64,000 nucleotides of DNA from Octopus vulgaris (Eukaryota): NCBI GenBank assembly GCA_951406725.2, contig OX597835.1:21204001-21268000 (forward strand), in the 5' to 3' direction. Positions 1-14,475 of the stretch are shown piece by piece. The notes below the pieces were generated by a model. That model was not told the DNA's origin. It searched no databases and saw only the letters and a program-made list of their open reading frames with translations. The translations under genes and the position numbers were made by a program. The number at the start of each line of letters is the position of its first letter. Positions within the stretch are counted from its first letter, which is position 1.

Positions 1-269
1 GCGTGTGTGCACTCGCATGTATACCTGTGCTGTCATGGTCACAGACATACACACACATCAAACAGTATGTGCAAAGAGAACGAATCAAACGAATCGCTTT
101 TGTTTGTTTTTTTTTTACCTGGAATGAGAATTTAGTTTCATTTTAATTGATACACGACGTCACTTTCCGTTAATGAATCCATCTGATCTAGCAATGCGAA
201 ATTGTGTCTTCGCGTGATTAAATGTACAGCATTCCTGCTGCGATATACAATGATTAGCATCTCCATCTT

Positions 270-295
270 TTATATACATACATACATGCATATAC

Positions 296-378
<83 letters not shown>

Positions 379-876
379 TATATACATAATATATACACAC
401 ACACATAATATATATATAATATATACGTAAATATATATATACATGTGTATATACATATATATATACAATATATACATAATATATGTACACACACACATAT
501 ATATGCGATATATATATAATATATACGTAAATATATATATACATGTGTATATACATATATATATATCATATATATACATATGTATATATATATTATATAT
601 ACATATGTATATATATATATATATTATATGTACATATGTATATATATATATACATACGTGCATACATACATACATACAACATGCATATATCTCAAAGGAT
701 CTGCATGTATATATATGCATGTACATGCATCATACATGCATACATACATATAGATATATATATATATATATATATATGCGCATTACCATTCATTTATGCA
801 CACACACACTAACTTATATACATAAGTAACTATATATATATATGTAGTATTGATATATATTATATGCGTGTCTGTC

Positions 877-945
<69 letters not shown>
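270..945. repeat. (TA)n/(TACA)n and (TG)n microsatellite block
   Basis: Directly visible dinucleotide runs; source of the spurious YIYI ORFs. Confidence 0.95.
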
Positions 946-946
<1 letters not shown>

Positions 947-1339
947 TCCATATGTCTGTATAGGCACACCACACATCATATGGAAGCCTCTGCTGAAAGT
1001 AAGTAAAAGTGCTGTGAATATCATTAATTAATTGAGTTAATCTAATTTAACAGCCACATCACAATCCGATTTGTTTGACAATATCACATTCTGATCGGCA
1101 CCTTACCCAAAAAAAAAAATCTCTATCTAGAATCTATGATTAGATGCATGTTGCTTTGGAATTGGATAGCATCATTTGTTTTAATTATTTACCAAAATTA
1201 ATTAGATGTCTTTCCTCACTGAAAATTAACAGATCCTAATAATTTAGTTAAGCAACGACAATGTTTCGTTTTGTTATCTAATCTTTCTTTACTTTCCTTT
1301 TCTTTTGTTTCTGTCATCGCTTCTCATCCTTGTTGCCGT

Positions 1340-2702
1340 ATTGTTGCTGTTGTTGTTGTTGTTGTTGCTGTTGTTGTTGTTGTTGTTGTTCTTCTTCTTC
1401 TTCTTCTTCTTCTTCTTTTTCTTCTTTTCGTTCTTCTTCTTCTCCCTCTTCTTTTGTTTCTTCTTCCTTTTCTTCTTCTTCTTCCTCTTTTTCTTCTCCT
1501 CGTTCTTCTTCTTCTCGTTCTTCTCCTTCTCGTTCTTCTTCTTCTTCCTCTACCTCTTCTTCTTCTCCTTCTCGTTCTTCTTCTGCTTCTTCTTCTTTTA
1601 CTGCTCCTTCGTCTTCTTCTTCTTCTTCTTCTTTTTCTTCTTCTCGTTGTTTTTGTCCTTTTTCTTCTTCTCTTTTTCTCTCTTTTCCATCGTCTTCTAC
1701 ATCTTCCCCTCCTCCTCCTTCCCTCTCCTTCACCTCCACCTTCTCATCATCATCATCGTCGTCGTTCTCGCCGTCGCCATCGTGTTCGGTGTCGTCGTCT
1801 TCAGCTGCTGCTCCCCTTCTTCTTTCTCAACCTCTTTTTTTTTTGTCATCACGAACGTCGTCGTCGTTTTGAACATCATCATCATGATTATCATAATTGT
1901 CATCATTGTCATCGTCGTTATCATCATCACCACCATCGCTACCACCATTTTTGTAATCCTCACCATCATCCTCTTTTCTTTACCGACTTGTTCTTCCCTT
2001 TCTTCCTCCTGCTCCTCCTCCTATTCTTCATGCTGCTGCTGCACCTCCTCGTCGTTGTCATCCTCCTCCTCATTCTCATCATCGTCATCATCACCATCAC
2101 CATCATCACCATCCTCCTCCTCATCATCATCATCATTATCATCATCACCATCATCATCATCCTCATACTCAGTGTCATTAGCGACACCATCATCACCATC
2201 ACCATCATCACCATCCTCCTCCTCCTCATCATCATCATCATCACCATCATCATCATCCTCATACTCATTGTCATTATCAACACCATTATCACCATCACCA
2301 TCCTCCTCCTCATCATCATCATCATTATCATCATCACCATCATCATCATCCTCATACTCAGTGTCATTATCAACACCATCATCACCATCACCATCATCAC
2401 CATCATCACCATCCTCCTCCTCATCATCATCACCATCATCATCATCCTCATACTCATCGTCATTATCAACAACATCATCACCATCACCATCATCACCATC
2501 ATCACCATCCCCCTCCTCCTCATCATCATCATCACCATCATCATCATCCTCATACTCATCGTCATTATCAACACCATCATCACCATCACCATCATCACCA
2601 TCCTCCTCCTCCTCATCATCATCATCATCCTCATACTCATTGTCATTATCAACACCATCATCACCATCACCATCATCACCATCCTCCTCCTCCTCCTCCT
2701 CC

Positions 2703-2735
<33 letters not shown>
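1340..2735. repeat. Compound trinucleotide low-complexity tract (GTT, CTT, CAT/CAC/CCT) with a ~80-100 bp higher-order unit in its right half
   Basis: Visible triplet runs; CTCATACTCA recurs at about 2162, 2258, 2351, 2446, 2549 and 2630. Confidence 0.9.
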
Positions 2736-2736
<1 letters not shown>

Positions 2737-2885
2737 ATTCTTATCTTCCTAGGAATAGACTGATATTTCAGAACGGTTCGTCATGTCGATTATATTTTCA
2801 AGCGTCAGCTTACAAATGCTCCTATATATTCCTTTCACGTTTAACTTAACACAAATCCTGGGACGAAATTGTAGACCACGTTCAA

Positions 2886-3279
2886 TCTTTATATATAAAA
2901 CTGTAGTTGTGTGAGTGTCTGTCACCTTCGATTTAGATTCCTAACTACTCCCACATTTTGCGGTGCAGTTTAACCAAAACCGGATATCTTATAGTCGTGA
3001 TTTATATCGAGCCCTTCTGGGTATTAGCGCGCGTCTACAATGAGTCTACGATTTTAAAAATAATTTACCATCATTTTTTTCCATTTTCATGCATATTTTT
3101 TTTAAGGGATGTAACTCTCTAAAAATGTCTACGATGAGTCAACGATTTTTAAAAAAATTTACCATCATATTTTTTCCATTTTTAATGCATATTTTTGCTA
3201 TTTTTTGGCTATAACTCTCTAAAAATGCTGTATAGTTATTTCCCTTACAAACCCGAGCAACGCCGGGCGATACTGCTAG
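2886..3279 (+). mobile_element. Non-autonomous Helitron (copy 1)
   Basis: A|TC 5' end, CCCGAGCAACGCCGGG subterminal hairpin, CTAG|T 3' end, no TSD; both ends match the copy at 35962-36474. Confidence 0.85.
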
Positions 3280-3761
3280 TTTCTTATACAACACAAACCC
3301 TCGCAACCGGGAGAATAGAATTGATAGGAATATGTAATAACTAATCAACAGAATCTTTCTCATTCCTTCAGAAATATACATCGAAATATTATCCTGCTTT
3401 TATATGAAACACACCATAATTTTGAGTCTTGCTGCAGAATAGTCAAATGGTGAAGTATTATTAATAAGTCTTATGGGAGATTCGACAGACATTGGTTACA
3501 ATGGATGTATGAAGTTGAGTAAACAGTTTGGTCTATAAATAAACGAATCTGATTTAAAGTTATAAAGATAAGAAATTGCTACGTGTTGCTTATGTCTAGA
3601 GGTGTTATTATAAATAGTACATGACAGAAACGAAAGACTAGCGAATTTATTTTAAGATGATATATCTGCTTGATTAAAATGGGACGAGACATCTATGACT
3701 ACTGGAAAAATTAAGGAGTAATATAAGAATTTTAAAATCTCAGTATAGAATAATTTCTTTA

Positions 3762-3938
3762 AAAGTTGTGGTGAAAGAGTACAGCAGGGTTCGCCACCAT
3801 CCCCTGCTGGAGACTCTTGGAGCTTTAGGTGTTTTCGCTCAATAAACACTCACAAAGCCCGGTCTGGGAATCGAAACCGCAATCCCATGACCGCGAGTCC
3901 TCTGCCCTAGCCTAACCACTGGGCCATTGCGCCTCCAC
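3762..3938 (-). mobile_element. tRNA-derived SINE family A, 5' part
   Basis: Reverse complement of the GGAGGCGCAATGGCCCAGTGGTTAGG head of the full copies at 30295 and 62529. Confidence 0.85.
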
Positions 3939-4999
3939 TTTTGCATGAATTAATTATAGGAAAAAGGATTTCTCTCGGTGGTAGGTTTCTACTCCAAACT
4001 CGAGACTCATGGAAGAACGAATATCATCATTTCAACCTTGACTTGTCTCAGTAATTGTCACTGATTGATCATCCTTGAAGACACTCTCGGACAAAGTGAT
4101 GGTAGCGAACTGGTATTGGACTAATCGCACCACACGAAGTAAACGAATATTCTTTTCGACTAGATTTTGCACAGTTTCCTATCACATCATTTCACGTCCA
4201 AGTTTTTAGTCAACTCGAGGCTATAACTAAAAAAACTAAAAAAGCTATAACAACGATACCGCACTCTTGGATTGAACCAGCAATAGCATAGTTAGGAGGC
4301 AGAATTTTTAACTTACATATACTTGCGCTAGTAGACGTAGATATGCATTTGTTTTAATCTATTAGTAATATTTCTCCATCGATGTTTCTATGCAATTCCC
4401 AAAATTACATTTACAATAAATTTTCATATATTTTTCTTTGTCTTTAGCTACACCTGTTCACTGAGTTCGTATTGTTCAGTTAACTCATATTGTTATAAAA
4501 GTAAAACAATTCGGTGAATTTTTAACGGTATCAGATGTAAAACATCTTACATAATTCTGAGATACTTGTACAATGTAACAGTATAAACTTTTGACAATTT
4601 AGCAATATTAAGACATTGTTACAAAGAATCAAATTTAGCTGTGTTTTAATTTTTTTTTTTATTTTTTAGAAACCGATGGAAGTGTTTATTTAGCTGATAA
4701 AACAGAAGTTATGGTATTCCAAATATAACTCGTGCTAATACAAGCCGAATACATTATATGCACGTACGCTATAATCAAATTTTTACATTATTACGGTACA
4801 AAATGTAATAGAATTAGCTCATAAAAATAAGTAATATTTTTGTTTCTATTCCCAGTTTCAACGATAATTAACTGATGCTATCTTCGATAGTCGTTATATA
4901 TTCGAAGGAAAACTAAAGCTGCGCTTAAAATTCTTGTTCCTTCGTTATTCAGCTCATTGAAAATATATATGAATTTTCCCTCCAACCCATCATATTTTG

Positions 5000-5500
5000 T
5001 GCGCATTATTCCTAGGTGAGTCGTGGGTGTTGAATCATTAGGCACCTCTTCTATCGGGTCCTCTCAGAACAACCATAATTATAGTTTCCTGGTGGATTTT
5101 CCAAACGTGACCAACCATGTCTGTGAATGTTATCTAATTATCTCGTTCTTTGTTTATCCCTGGGTAACCTGCTGGTGGGCTCGGCCGGGATAATCCGTCT
5201 AACGTTTCTTTCCTGCTACATTGTAATCACGTCCGTAGTATCGGAATTGTGACCCCTTAATGTATAGAAGTAGAAACTTAACCTGGAGATATTCACTGAT
5301 CTCAAGAGACCCTTGGAGATTAATCTCATTTCGACCGCTTGTATTCGCGATCGCACACTGTCGGTCATTAACCAACATCCATGTATGTCGGTGAGGATAG
5401 ACACGAAACCCGGACTGGGGATAACGAATTTGACATTTTGCCAGGTTCTACTTTCATTTCAGTCTCCTGAATTCCATCATTCGCGAATATGTTCCCAAAG
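5000..5500 (-). pseudogene. Decayed RTE-clade LINE, C-terminal ORF fragment
   Basis: Minus-strand peptides SVRSRIQAVEMR and ERNVRRIIPAEPTSRLPRDKQRTR*LD resemble the RTE C-terminus (RIQAAEMRFLR...GRRPRGRPRTRWLD); contains stops and frameshifts. Confidence 0.65.
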
Positions 5501-5580
<80 letters not shown>

Positions 5581-5582
<2 letters not shown>

Positions 5583-5682
5583 TCCCGGGTTGAGTCGGGG
5601 TTAACCACAGTAAATAAGGTACTCAATACATAGAGTAAATTGAATGAAACAGTTCTAGTCCTGTAGAAGCTCCTTCTATAAA

Positions 5683-5690
<8 letters not shown>
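5581..5690. mobile_element. TA-embedded fold-back element family 1 (Penelope-like), short copy
   Basis: Inverted tail plus forward body of the element at 26606-26800; (TA)n on both sides. Confidence 0.7.
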
Positions 5691-5715
<25 letters not shown>

Positions 5716-6086
5716 CGAGCAAAACGTCCCCCCACCGTCCAATGAACGGTGCTGCCTTGTCAAACATTTAAACCGAATTTTCTCAAGCAACTTGTTCGAC
5801 AGTCCCATAGCCTTCTCCTTTGAGAAACACTGATTTAACCTAAATTTGAGACACCAGCAAAAGAAGAAATAAAGATAGACTTTTTTCTATTCCCAAGAAA
5901 AATGATTTTATTCACTTTATCGATCGATTTCTCACATGGAATCAATTTTTGTGAGTTTTCCAAGACTTATATACGCCCTGATGTCGTTGGTATCTACATG
6001 TCAAATTTGAGCGCAATCGGATGGAGGATGCCCGAGATCCTAGAAGACACACATACACAGACAGACAGAACGGACTTTATATAATA
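5716..6086 (-). mobile_element. Probable non-autonomous Helitron, second family
   Basis: Minus strand begins TATTATATAAAG...CTGTCTGTCTG and ends with the hairpin CACCGTTCATTGGACGGTG followed by CTCG|T (CTAG variant). Confidence 0.55.
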
Positions 6087-6470
6087 CTAGCAGTATCGCC
6101 CGGCGTTGCTCAGGTTTGTAAGGGAAATAACAATAAAGCATTTTTAGAGAGTTATAGCCAAAAAATAGCAAAAAAAATGGGAAAAAAATGATGGTAAATT
6201 TTTTTGAGAGTTAAAAAAGGTGGAGTTGCGTCCCCTAGACGGTCTGTGGTTTGGGTTTCTGATTCTCGACCCCATGTCGAATTTATCGATTTTTTTCAGA
6301 ACTGGGGGAACTTTTCAAAATTTTCGCTGCGTTAGTTTTGAATTATGACATTGGGCTATGTGTGTGTCAAGTTTCATCAGAATCGGTTGAAAGCCGTGGT
6401 CAGAGTGAGGGTACGAGAAAACAGACACACAGAAAACGCACAGACAAACTGCCGTTTATATAGAGAGAGA
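6087..6470 (-). mobile_element. Non-autonomous Helitron (copy 2; same 3' end, different 5' half)
   Basis: Minus strand A|TC...hairpin...GATACTGCTAG|T; the last ~100 bp match copies 1 and 3. Confidence 0.8.
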
Positions 6471-6474
6471 TATA

Positions 6475-6535
<61 letters not shown>

Positions 6536-6699
6536 ATCACGTGACCGAACAGACCATCAGATGTTACTACACATCGCTGGTCACAATGCATTCGCATTGT
6601 TTTAGCCCTCGAATGATGCCACCCCGCTGGCTAAGCAAGCAGGTCAACAGAAGAAAGAGTGAGAGAAACTGTGGTGAACATATATATATTAATGTTTGT

Positions 6700-6870
6700 A
6701 TTTTAGAAAACATCAAGGTCAAACAACTGACAAGCAAAACTAAGGTATTGAGCAGAATATTTGCCGTAGACCATCTTTTATACCAAGACAAAACAATGTA
6801 CATGATAACACTTCCAATCAGTTAAGATCAGAAGCCATGAGAGCCACTGCCTGGTACTGCATCAGAACAT
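6700..6870 (-). mobile_element. Fragment of the (AAT)n-associated SINE-like repeat also at 15631-16495
   Basis: Reverse complement matches CAGTGGCTCTCATGGCTTCTGATCTTAA...GTTATCATGTACATTG. Confidence 0.75.
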
Positions 6871-7180
6871 TACATCATCATTATTATTATTATTATTGTT
6901 ATTATTATTATTATTATTGTTATTATTATTATTGTTATTATTATTATTATTCTATGTTTGACTTTTGCTTTATATTTGTACAAGTTGGCTCCAAGTCTCA
7001 CCCAGAGACCTCAAGAGACAACAGGGTTGGAAGTTCATGTTGTTGTTATGCCTAGTGTGCCATATATTTGGGGGTGGGGATGTTGTACTAATGAATGTCT
7101 AAAAAGAAAAAAAAAAGGTGTTTTTTTTTTTTTTTTTTTTTTTTTTAAACCGAAAATTATGTTTGTTTTAAACCTTGAGA

Positions 7181-9059
<1,879 letters not shown>

Positions 9060-9540
9060 TTGTTATAATATATTATATATACGCATATCTGTATGTATCT
9101 ATACTTCTGTGAGTGCTTGTATACAGGGACAGAAATAACTCATATAAATAGGTTTAAATCATATCAACTCCTCTCTGCTGTCAATGATACCGGCTTCATT
9201 CATTTTATTTTTACTATTACTCACTCTCTTTATTTTTGGTAGCACTTTATTGCCACGACTTAGCCTTTAGTGGACGGTAAATAAGTAACGATTAGATGTG
9301 GATTGCCGTTCTGTCTTGATCTCTGCCTTCCAAATGTGAGAGTTGTTTTGAGTGTATTTTATACATGAATGGATCAGTTTCATTTAATTTCATTGTTTTT
9401 ATTTCTGCTGTCCTTGTTTTTCTTCTGTGGAAGTGATCTGATAAGATGTCCGAATCCTTGACAGGTTGTATTTTTGCAGCAACCAAAACAGCTTCCATGA
9501 GTTATGGCAGAGGATAATCCTAGAATGATCTAAAATAATC

Positions 9541-9777
9541 TAAATAAGGCGGCGAGCTGGCAGAAACGTTAGCACGCCGGGCGAAATGCTTAGCAGTATT
9601 TCGTCTGCCGTTACTTTCTGAGTTCAAATTCCGCCGAGGTCGACTTTGCTTTTCATCCTTTCGGGGTCGATTAAATAAGTACCAGTTACGCACCGGGGTC
9701 GATATAATCAACTTAATCCGTTTGTCTGTCCTTGTTTGTCCTCTCTGTGTTTAGCCCCTTGTGGGTAGTCAAGAAAT
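9541..9777 (+). mobile_element. SINE family C, flanked by a 78 bp direct repeat
   Basis: GGCGGCGAGCTGGCAGAAACGTTAGC head and GAGTTCAAAT B-box-like motif; related copies at 9965, 24210, 24600 and 51095. Confidence 0.85.
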
Positions 9778-9964
9778 AGGTTGTATTTTTGCAGCAACCA
9801 AAACAGCTTCCATGAGTTATGGCAGAGGATAATCCTAGAATGATCTAAAATAATCGGCTTCTAAATCAGCGTCAAATTAAACCTTAGCTCATTCGATAAT
9901 GGATATGCTATAATCTTTTCTACTATAGGTACGAGGCCTGAAATTTGGTGGGAGGGGGCCACTT

Positions 9965-10115
9965 GACTTCGGCCAAATTTGAACTCGGAGCGTAAAGGCA
10001 GACAAAATACCTATTTCTTTAGTACCCACAAGGGGATAAACACAGAAAGGACAAACAAGGACAGACAGACGGATTAAGTCGATTATATCGACCTCCAGTG
10101 CGTAACTGGCACTTA
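9965..10115 (-). mobile_element. SINE family C, partial
   Basis: Reverse complement of the 3' half of 9541-9777. Confidence 0.75.
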
Positions 10116-10361
10116 ATTTCCTTGGGTTCATTTAGCATCTGGGCAAGGCTTTCGGTTTGAATTTAACATCGGTTGATTGACTAGAAGCAAAACTACCAAA
10201 AGGTCTACAATTCTTTAAAAACATCACTTGCAAAACATCACTCCTCAACGACATCAGTAAATGTGAGCTTATTTTCATAATTAAATTTAGAAACCCACCC
10301 TACCTCCAGACCCAAACACGTCATCAAAAATTCACTTTGAACAAAACACTCTCGCCATCTT

Positions 10362-10424
<63 letters not shown>

Positions 10425-10702
10425 CTCTCTCGATAATTCTAAAGAGCCTCAACAAATACCTCACAGCAGAATCTCCGACGCTGTAACGACTCTGTCAGCT
10501 CGCCGCTTTACTCCTTAATAATTAATAAATGAAAAATGTTTCTCGCTAATTAATAAACAATTATTTCGGACACATGTGCACTGCCTCAACAATAAAACAG
10601 GAGACGCGACAGTGGTGTGTGTATACATACATATGTCACTATATTTCATACAGTAATTCGTAGTTAACACATGAAGCGCAAATGTTAGAGGCTATGTATG
10701 TA

Positions 10703-10750
<48 letters not shown>

Positions 10751-10855
10751 TATATTCATACACACACACGCATATATATATATATTTATATATATAGATA
10801 TATATATATTCATAGACACACACACATATATATATACATTCATAAATACATACAT

Positions 10856-10930
<75 letters not shown>

Positions 10931-10934
<4 letters not shown>

Positions 10935-11047
10935 TCCCGGGTTGATTCGGGGTTAACCACAGTAAGTAAGGTACTCAATACATAGCAGAAGATTTCTCTT
11001 GAATGAAACAGTACTAGTCCTGTAGAAGCTCCTTCTATATAATAAAT
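10931..11047. mobile_element. TA-embedded fold-back element family 1, short copy
   Basis: Inverted tail plus forward body, same layout as 5581-5690 but with a different junction point. Confidence 0.7.
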
Positions 11048-11429
11048 ATATATATATATATATAGGTATAATTAATAGAGGTTACTTAAGATAGTGCGTT
11101 TTGTGGCTTTGATTTAGTTTAACTCTTATCTTTAGCAAAAACGGTGCTAGTCAGTACCCTCTGTCGCTTTTCTGACCTCTATTAATATATATTTCTATTC
11201 TCCCGCGCGTGTGTGTAAAGATAAGATCTAAAGAACAAGGTGTAAGGTGCTAGTGAAATTCAAGCAGTGCACAGAATATATAAAAACAACTTTCAGAAAT
11301 GATAACGCTTTATTGGCGCAGAAGGTTGTGAATACGTCTCGTATCAAAGTACGATAATCTACTTTAGCCTCGGGTCGACCAAATCCTTGTGAGTGGATTT
11401 GGTAGACGGAAACTGAAAGAAGCCTCCCG

Positions 11430-11472
<43 letters not shown>

Positions 11473-11475
<3 letters not shown>

Positions 11476-11745
11476 CCGTAAATATAAGAGAGCCAACTTT
11501 GAGTATGTTAACTCTAGTGCTAGAAATAGCTCCACCGGTAGTCGCCAACGATAATTCCACATCGTTGGCGACTACCGGTGGAGCTATTTCTAGCACTAAA
11601 GTTAACATACTCAAAGTTGGCTCTCTTATATTTACGGATAAATATGAATTTGTATCCCCGGTTTATTGTGCTAGGTCGCTCGGTATTAAAATAAGGGTAT
11701 TATTGAATTAATATCTATAATTTTATTCACCCTCATTATTGAATG
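11473..11745 (+). mobile_element. Fold-back element: 80 bp inverted arms (11473-11552, 11561-11640) plus ~105 bp tail
   Basis: One mismatch seen between the arms, 8 nt loop, (TA)n flanks. Confidence 0.85.
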
Positions 11746-11760
11746 TATATATATATATAT

Positions 11761-11955
11761 ACATATTAGAGGGAAACCACTAGACCTTAGCAGATCTATT
11801 TCTAGCATAAGGGTGTCCACATAGTAGTTTCTCTCTAATATGTATATAATACAGTTTTATTAAACCTTCAGTTTTTTTTATATGCTAGACCACTGGTGTG
11901 AAATCGATGTTAATTAAATTAATATCTAATTTCTCACCCTCATTTTAAATTTAAA
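11761..11955 (+). mobile_element. Related fold-back element: ~22 bp inverted arms plus tail
   Basis: ACATATTAGAGGGAAACCACTA / TAGTAGTTTCTCTCTAATATGT; shares CTATTTCTAGCA and the tail motif TCACCCTCATT with 11473-11745. Confidence 0.65.
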
Positions 11956-12314
11956 TATATACATACATACATACATACATGTGTGTGTGTGTTTCTGTGT
12001 CTGTGTTTGTCTCCTCAATATCGCTTGACAACCGATACTGGTATGTTTGCGTTCCCGTGTCTTATCGGTTCGGCCAAAGAGACCCATGGAATAAGTACTG
12101 GGCTTACAAAGAATAAGTCATGGGGTCGATTTGCTCGACTACAGGCGGTGCTCCAGCATGGCTACAGTCAAATGACTGAAGCCAGTAAAAGAGTCAAAAG
12201 AGTAAAGAGCAGAGTTCACGGTTAGCAACCGGGGTTTGCTGTATATGCGAATACACATCTAAAATTAAGGAATGGAGAAGATAAAATCCAGGCTGCATGT
12301 GTTTCATAAGTAGT

Positions 12315-12735
12315 GGCGCAGGAGTGGCTGTGTGGTAAGTAGCTTGTTTACCAACCACATGGTTCCGGGTTCAGTCCCACTGCGTGACATCTTGGGCAAG
12401 TGTCTTCTGCTATAGTCCCGGGCCGACCAATGCCTTGTGAGTGGATTTGGTAGACGGAAACTGAAAGAATCCTGTCGTATATATGTATATATATATATGT
12501 ATGTATGTGTGTGTGTGTGTTTGTGTGTCTGTGTTTGTCCCCCTAGCATTGCTTGACAACCGATGCTGGTGTGTTTACGTCCCCGTCACTTAGCGGTTCG
12601 ACAAAAGAGACCGATAGAATAAGTACTGGGCTTACAAAGAATAAGTCCCGAGGTCGATTTGCACGACTAAAGGCGGTGCTCCAGCATGGCCGCAGTCAAA
12701 TGACTGAAACAAGTAAAAGAGTAAAGAGTAAAGAG
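12315..12735 (+). mobile_element. tRNA-derived SINE family B, full length
   Basis: GGCGCAGGAGTGGCTGTGTGGTAAG head, GGTTCAGTCCC B-box-like motif, internal microsatellite, (AAGAGT)n tail; further copies at 46055, 54570 and 58637. Confidence 0.9.
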
Positions 12736-13243
12736 AGAGTGGAGCCTAGGAAGTAGTAATTTTTTGTTCTACGCATTTCACTCAGATCCCCTGCTAGTTG
12801 GCACGGGATCTCCAAACGGCAATGTAAGCTTCATATAAACAAGTTGGCCAGAGGAGTAGCTTGCGATCTACCACTCGTTTGGATAACTACTAACACCGAG
12901 GGTTGGCTCGCTGTGAAACATATGTAGCCGTATGTGAAACATATGGATTTTATCCCCTCCTTTCTCTAATCTTACATACATACATAAGTACATACATATA
13001 TACATGCATGCATGCATAGATATGTGTGTGTGTTTGTGAGTGTAATATATATATATATAAAATAAGAAAATGGAGGAATAGATTTCTTTCAATCATCAAC
13101 TTCCAGATAATACCAATTCATATAATTTATTAACTAATTATTTAGATTAAATAGGAACATCCAAATCCAACAGAATAATACAGAATAAAACAATATACAT
13201 CAATAAGTAAGATAATACTATAAGGATAATACATATAAAATGG

Positions 13244-13385
13244 ATCTTACAGCTGTTTCAGCCTGTAGATAAGAGTATCTCATTATGCCCATATTAGTCA
13301 GATGTATTGAGGTAATATGCAGTTAAAAATGAGTTACTTATATATATATATATATATATATATATCTCAAGGCCTCGTCAGAGAT
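13244..13385 (-). ncRNA. Hammerhead ribozyme motif with long stem II containing a (TA)n run
   Basis: Minus strand: AUCU-CUGACGA-GGCC...GGCU-GAAA-CAGCUG-UA-AGAU; palindromic stem III ACAGCUGU. Confidence 0.7.
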
Positions 13386-13484
13386 TATAAAGTACAATTA
13401 TAAAGATGGGTACTTTACTGGCAGTATATTGGATAAATGATATCCCATAGTAGGTTACACTCATAACCCCTATCTCACTTTGTA

Positions 13485-13549
<65 letters not shown>

Positions 13550-13562
13550 GAGGGAGAGAGAG

Positions 13563-13800
13563 ATTATATAGAGGGCACTATTACACATAGATGCCTCACG
13601 CTAGGAGGGACTCTTAAAGTCAAAACTACTATGAGTTCCTCCTAGTGTGAGGCATCTGTGTGTAAGAGTGCCCCCTATATAATATAAATAAATAAATTTA
13701 AAGGAAAAAAATTCATGCTTTTTTTTTCACTTATGAAGTTTTTCACGATAACTACTTGATGAATTCTTACGAAGATTTTATCCTATTTTTAAATTGTATA
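13563..13800 (+). mobile_element. Fold-back element: ~51 bp inverted arms (13563-13613, 13633-13683) plus ~115 bp tail
   Basis: Arms are reverse complements with a few mismatches; lies between (GA)n and (TA)n. Confidence 0.75.
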
Positions 13801-14067
13801 TTTATATATATATATAAAGCAGATAACACGAAAGGGGTAAGTTTGTTTGGAAGTTATTTAATTTGATGTAACCCGACAATTTTGGGACAAACACTCCTGT
13901 CCTGTTTCGCCATATCTGTTGAAGATCAATGAAAGAGAATTCGGACTATAACACACAATTTTCTTTTCGATGATTTGCCTTTTTGGCTGTGTTAAAGATT
14001 GCACAGGAAGTTCAAGATATCGGTTATTTTCCATACACGTTAGATTACAATTTAGAACGCGCAGTAT

Positions 14068-14103
<36 letters not shown>

Positions 14104-14226
14104 ATATATACATACACACGCACAATTAGAGATTCACACATGTAGGCAGGTGTCGTAAATATCTATGCTATGAATGTATATTTATTAGCTGTTTGTACAA
14201 AACTATGATTATCTTGTATTATTGAA

Positions 14227-14281
<55 letters not shown>

Positions 14282-14282
14282 A

Positions 14283-14332
<50 letters not shown>

Positions 14333-14428
14333 CATTGTGTGAATATATATATATATATATATACATTGTGTGAATATATATATATATGTAGTGTGTGGTC
14401 CGTGTGTGTACGTGTATATGTGAGAGTG

Positions 14429-14475
<47 letters not shown>

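Larger units (their letters stand above)
11359..12210 (+). mobile_element. SINE family B, split at its internal (TA)n/(TG)n by two fold-back insertions
   Basis: 5' body at 11359-11430 and 3' body at 11985-12210 match the intact copy at 12315-12735. Confidence 0.8.

Noticed and set aside
119-266. Minus-strand exon candidate with AG|ATG start and CAG|GTAA donor
   Set aside because: All three frames contain a stop before the donor, the acceptor lacks a pyrimidine tract, and there is no recognisable motif.
1271-2849. ORFs of 493, 514 and 256 aa
   Set aside because: Translations of trinucleotide repeats, open on several frames and both strands.
11071-11187. 12 bp inverted ends and a hammerhead-like CTGACTA..GCA/TGC..TAAA on the minus strand
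   Set aside because: Two essential core G positions are changed and stems I and III are unconvincing.
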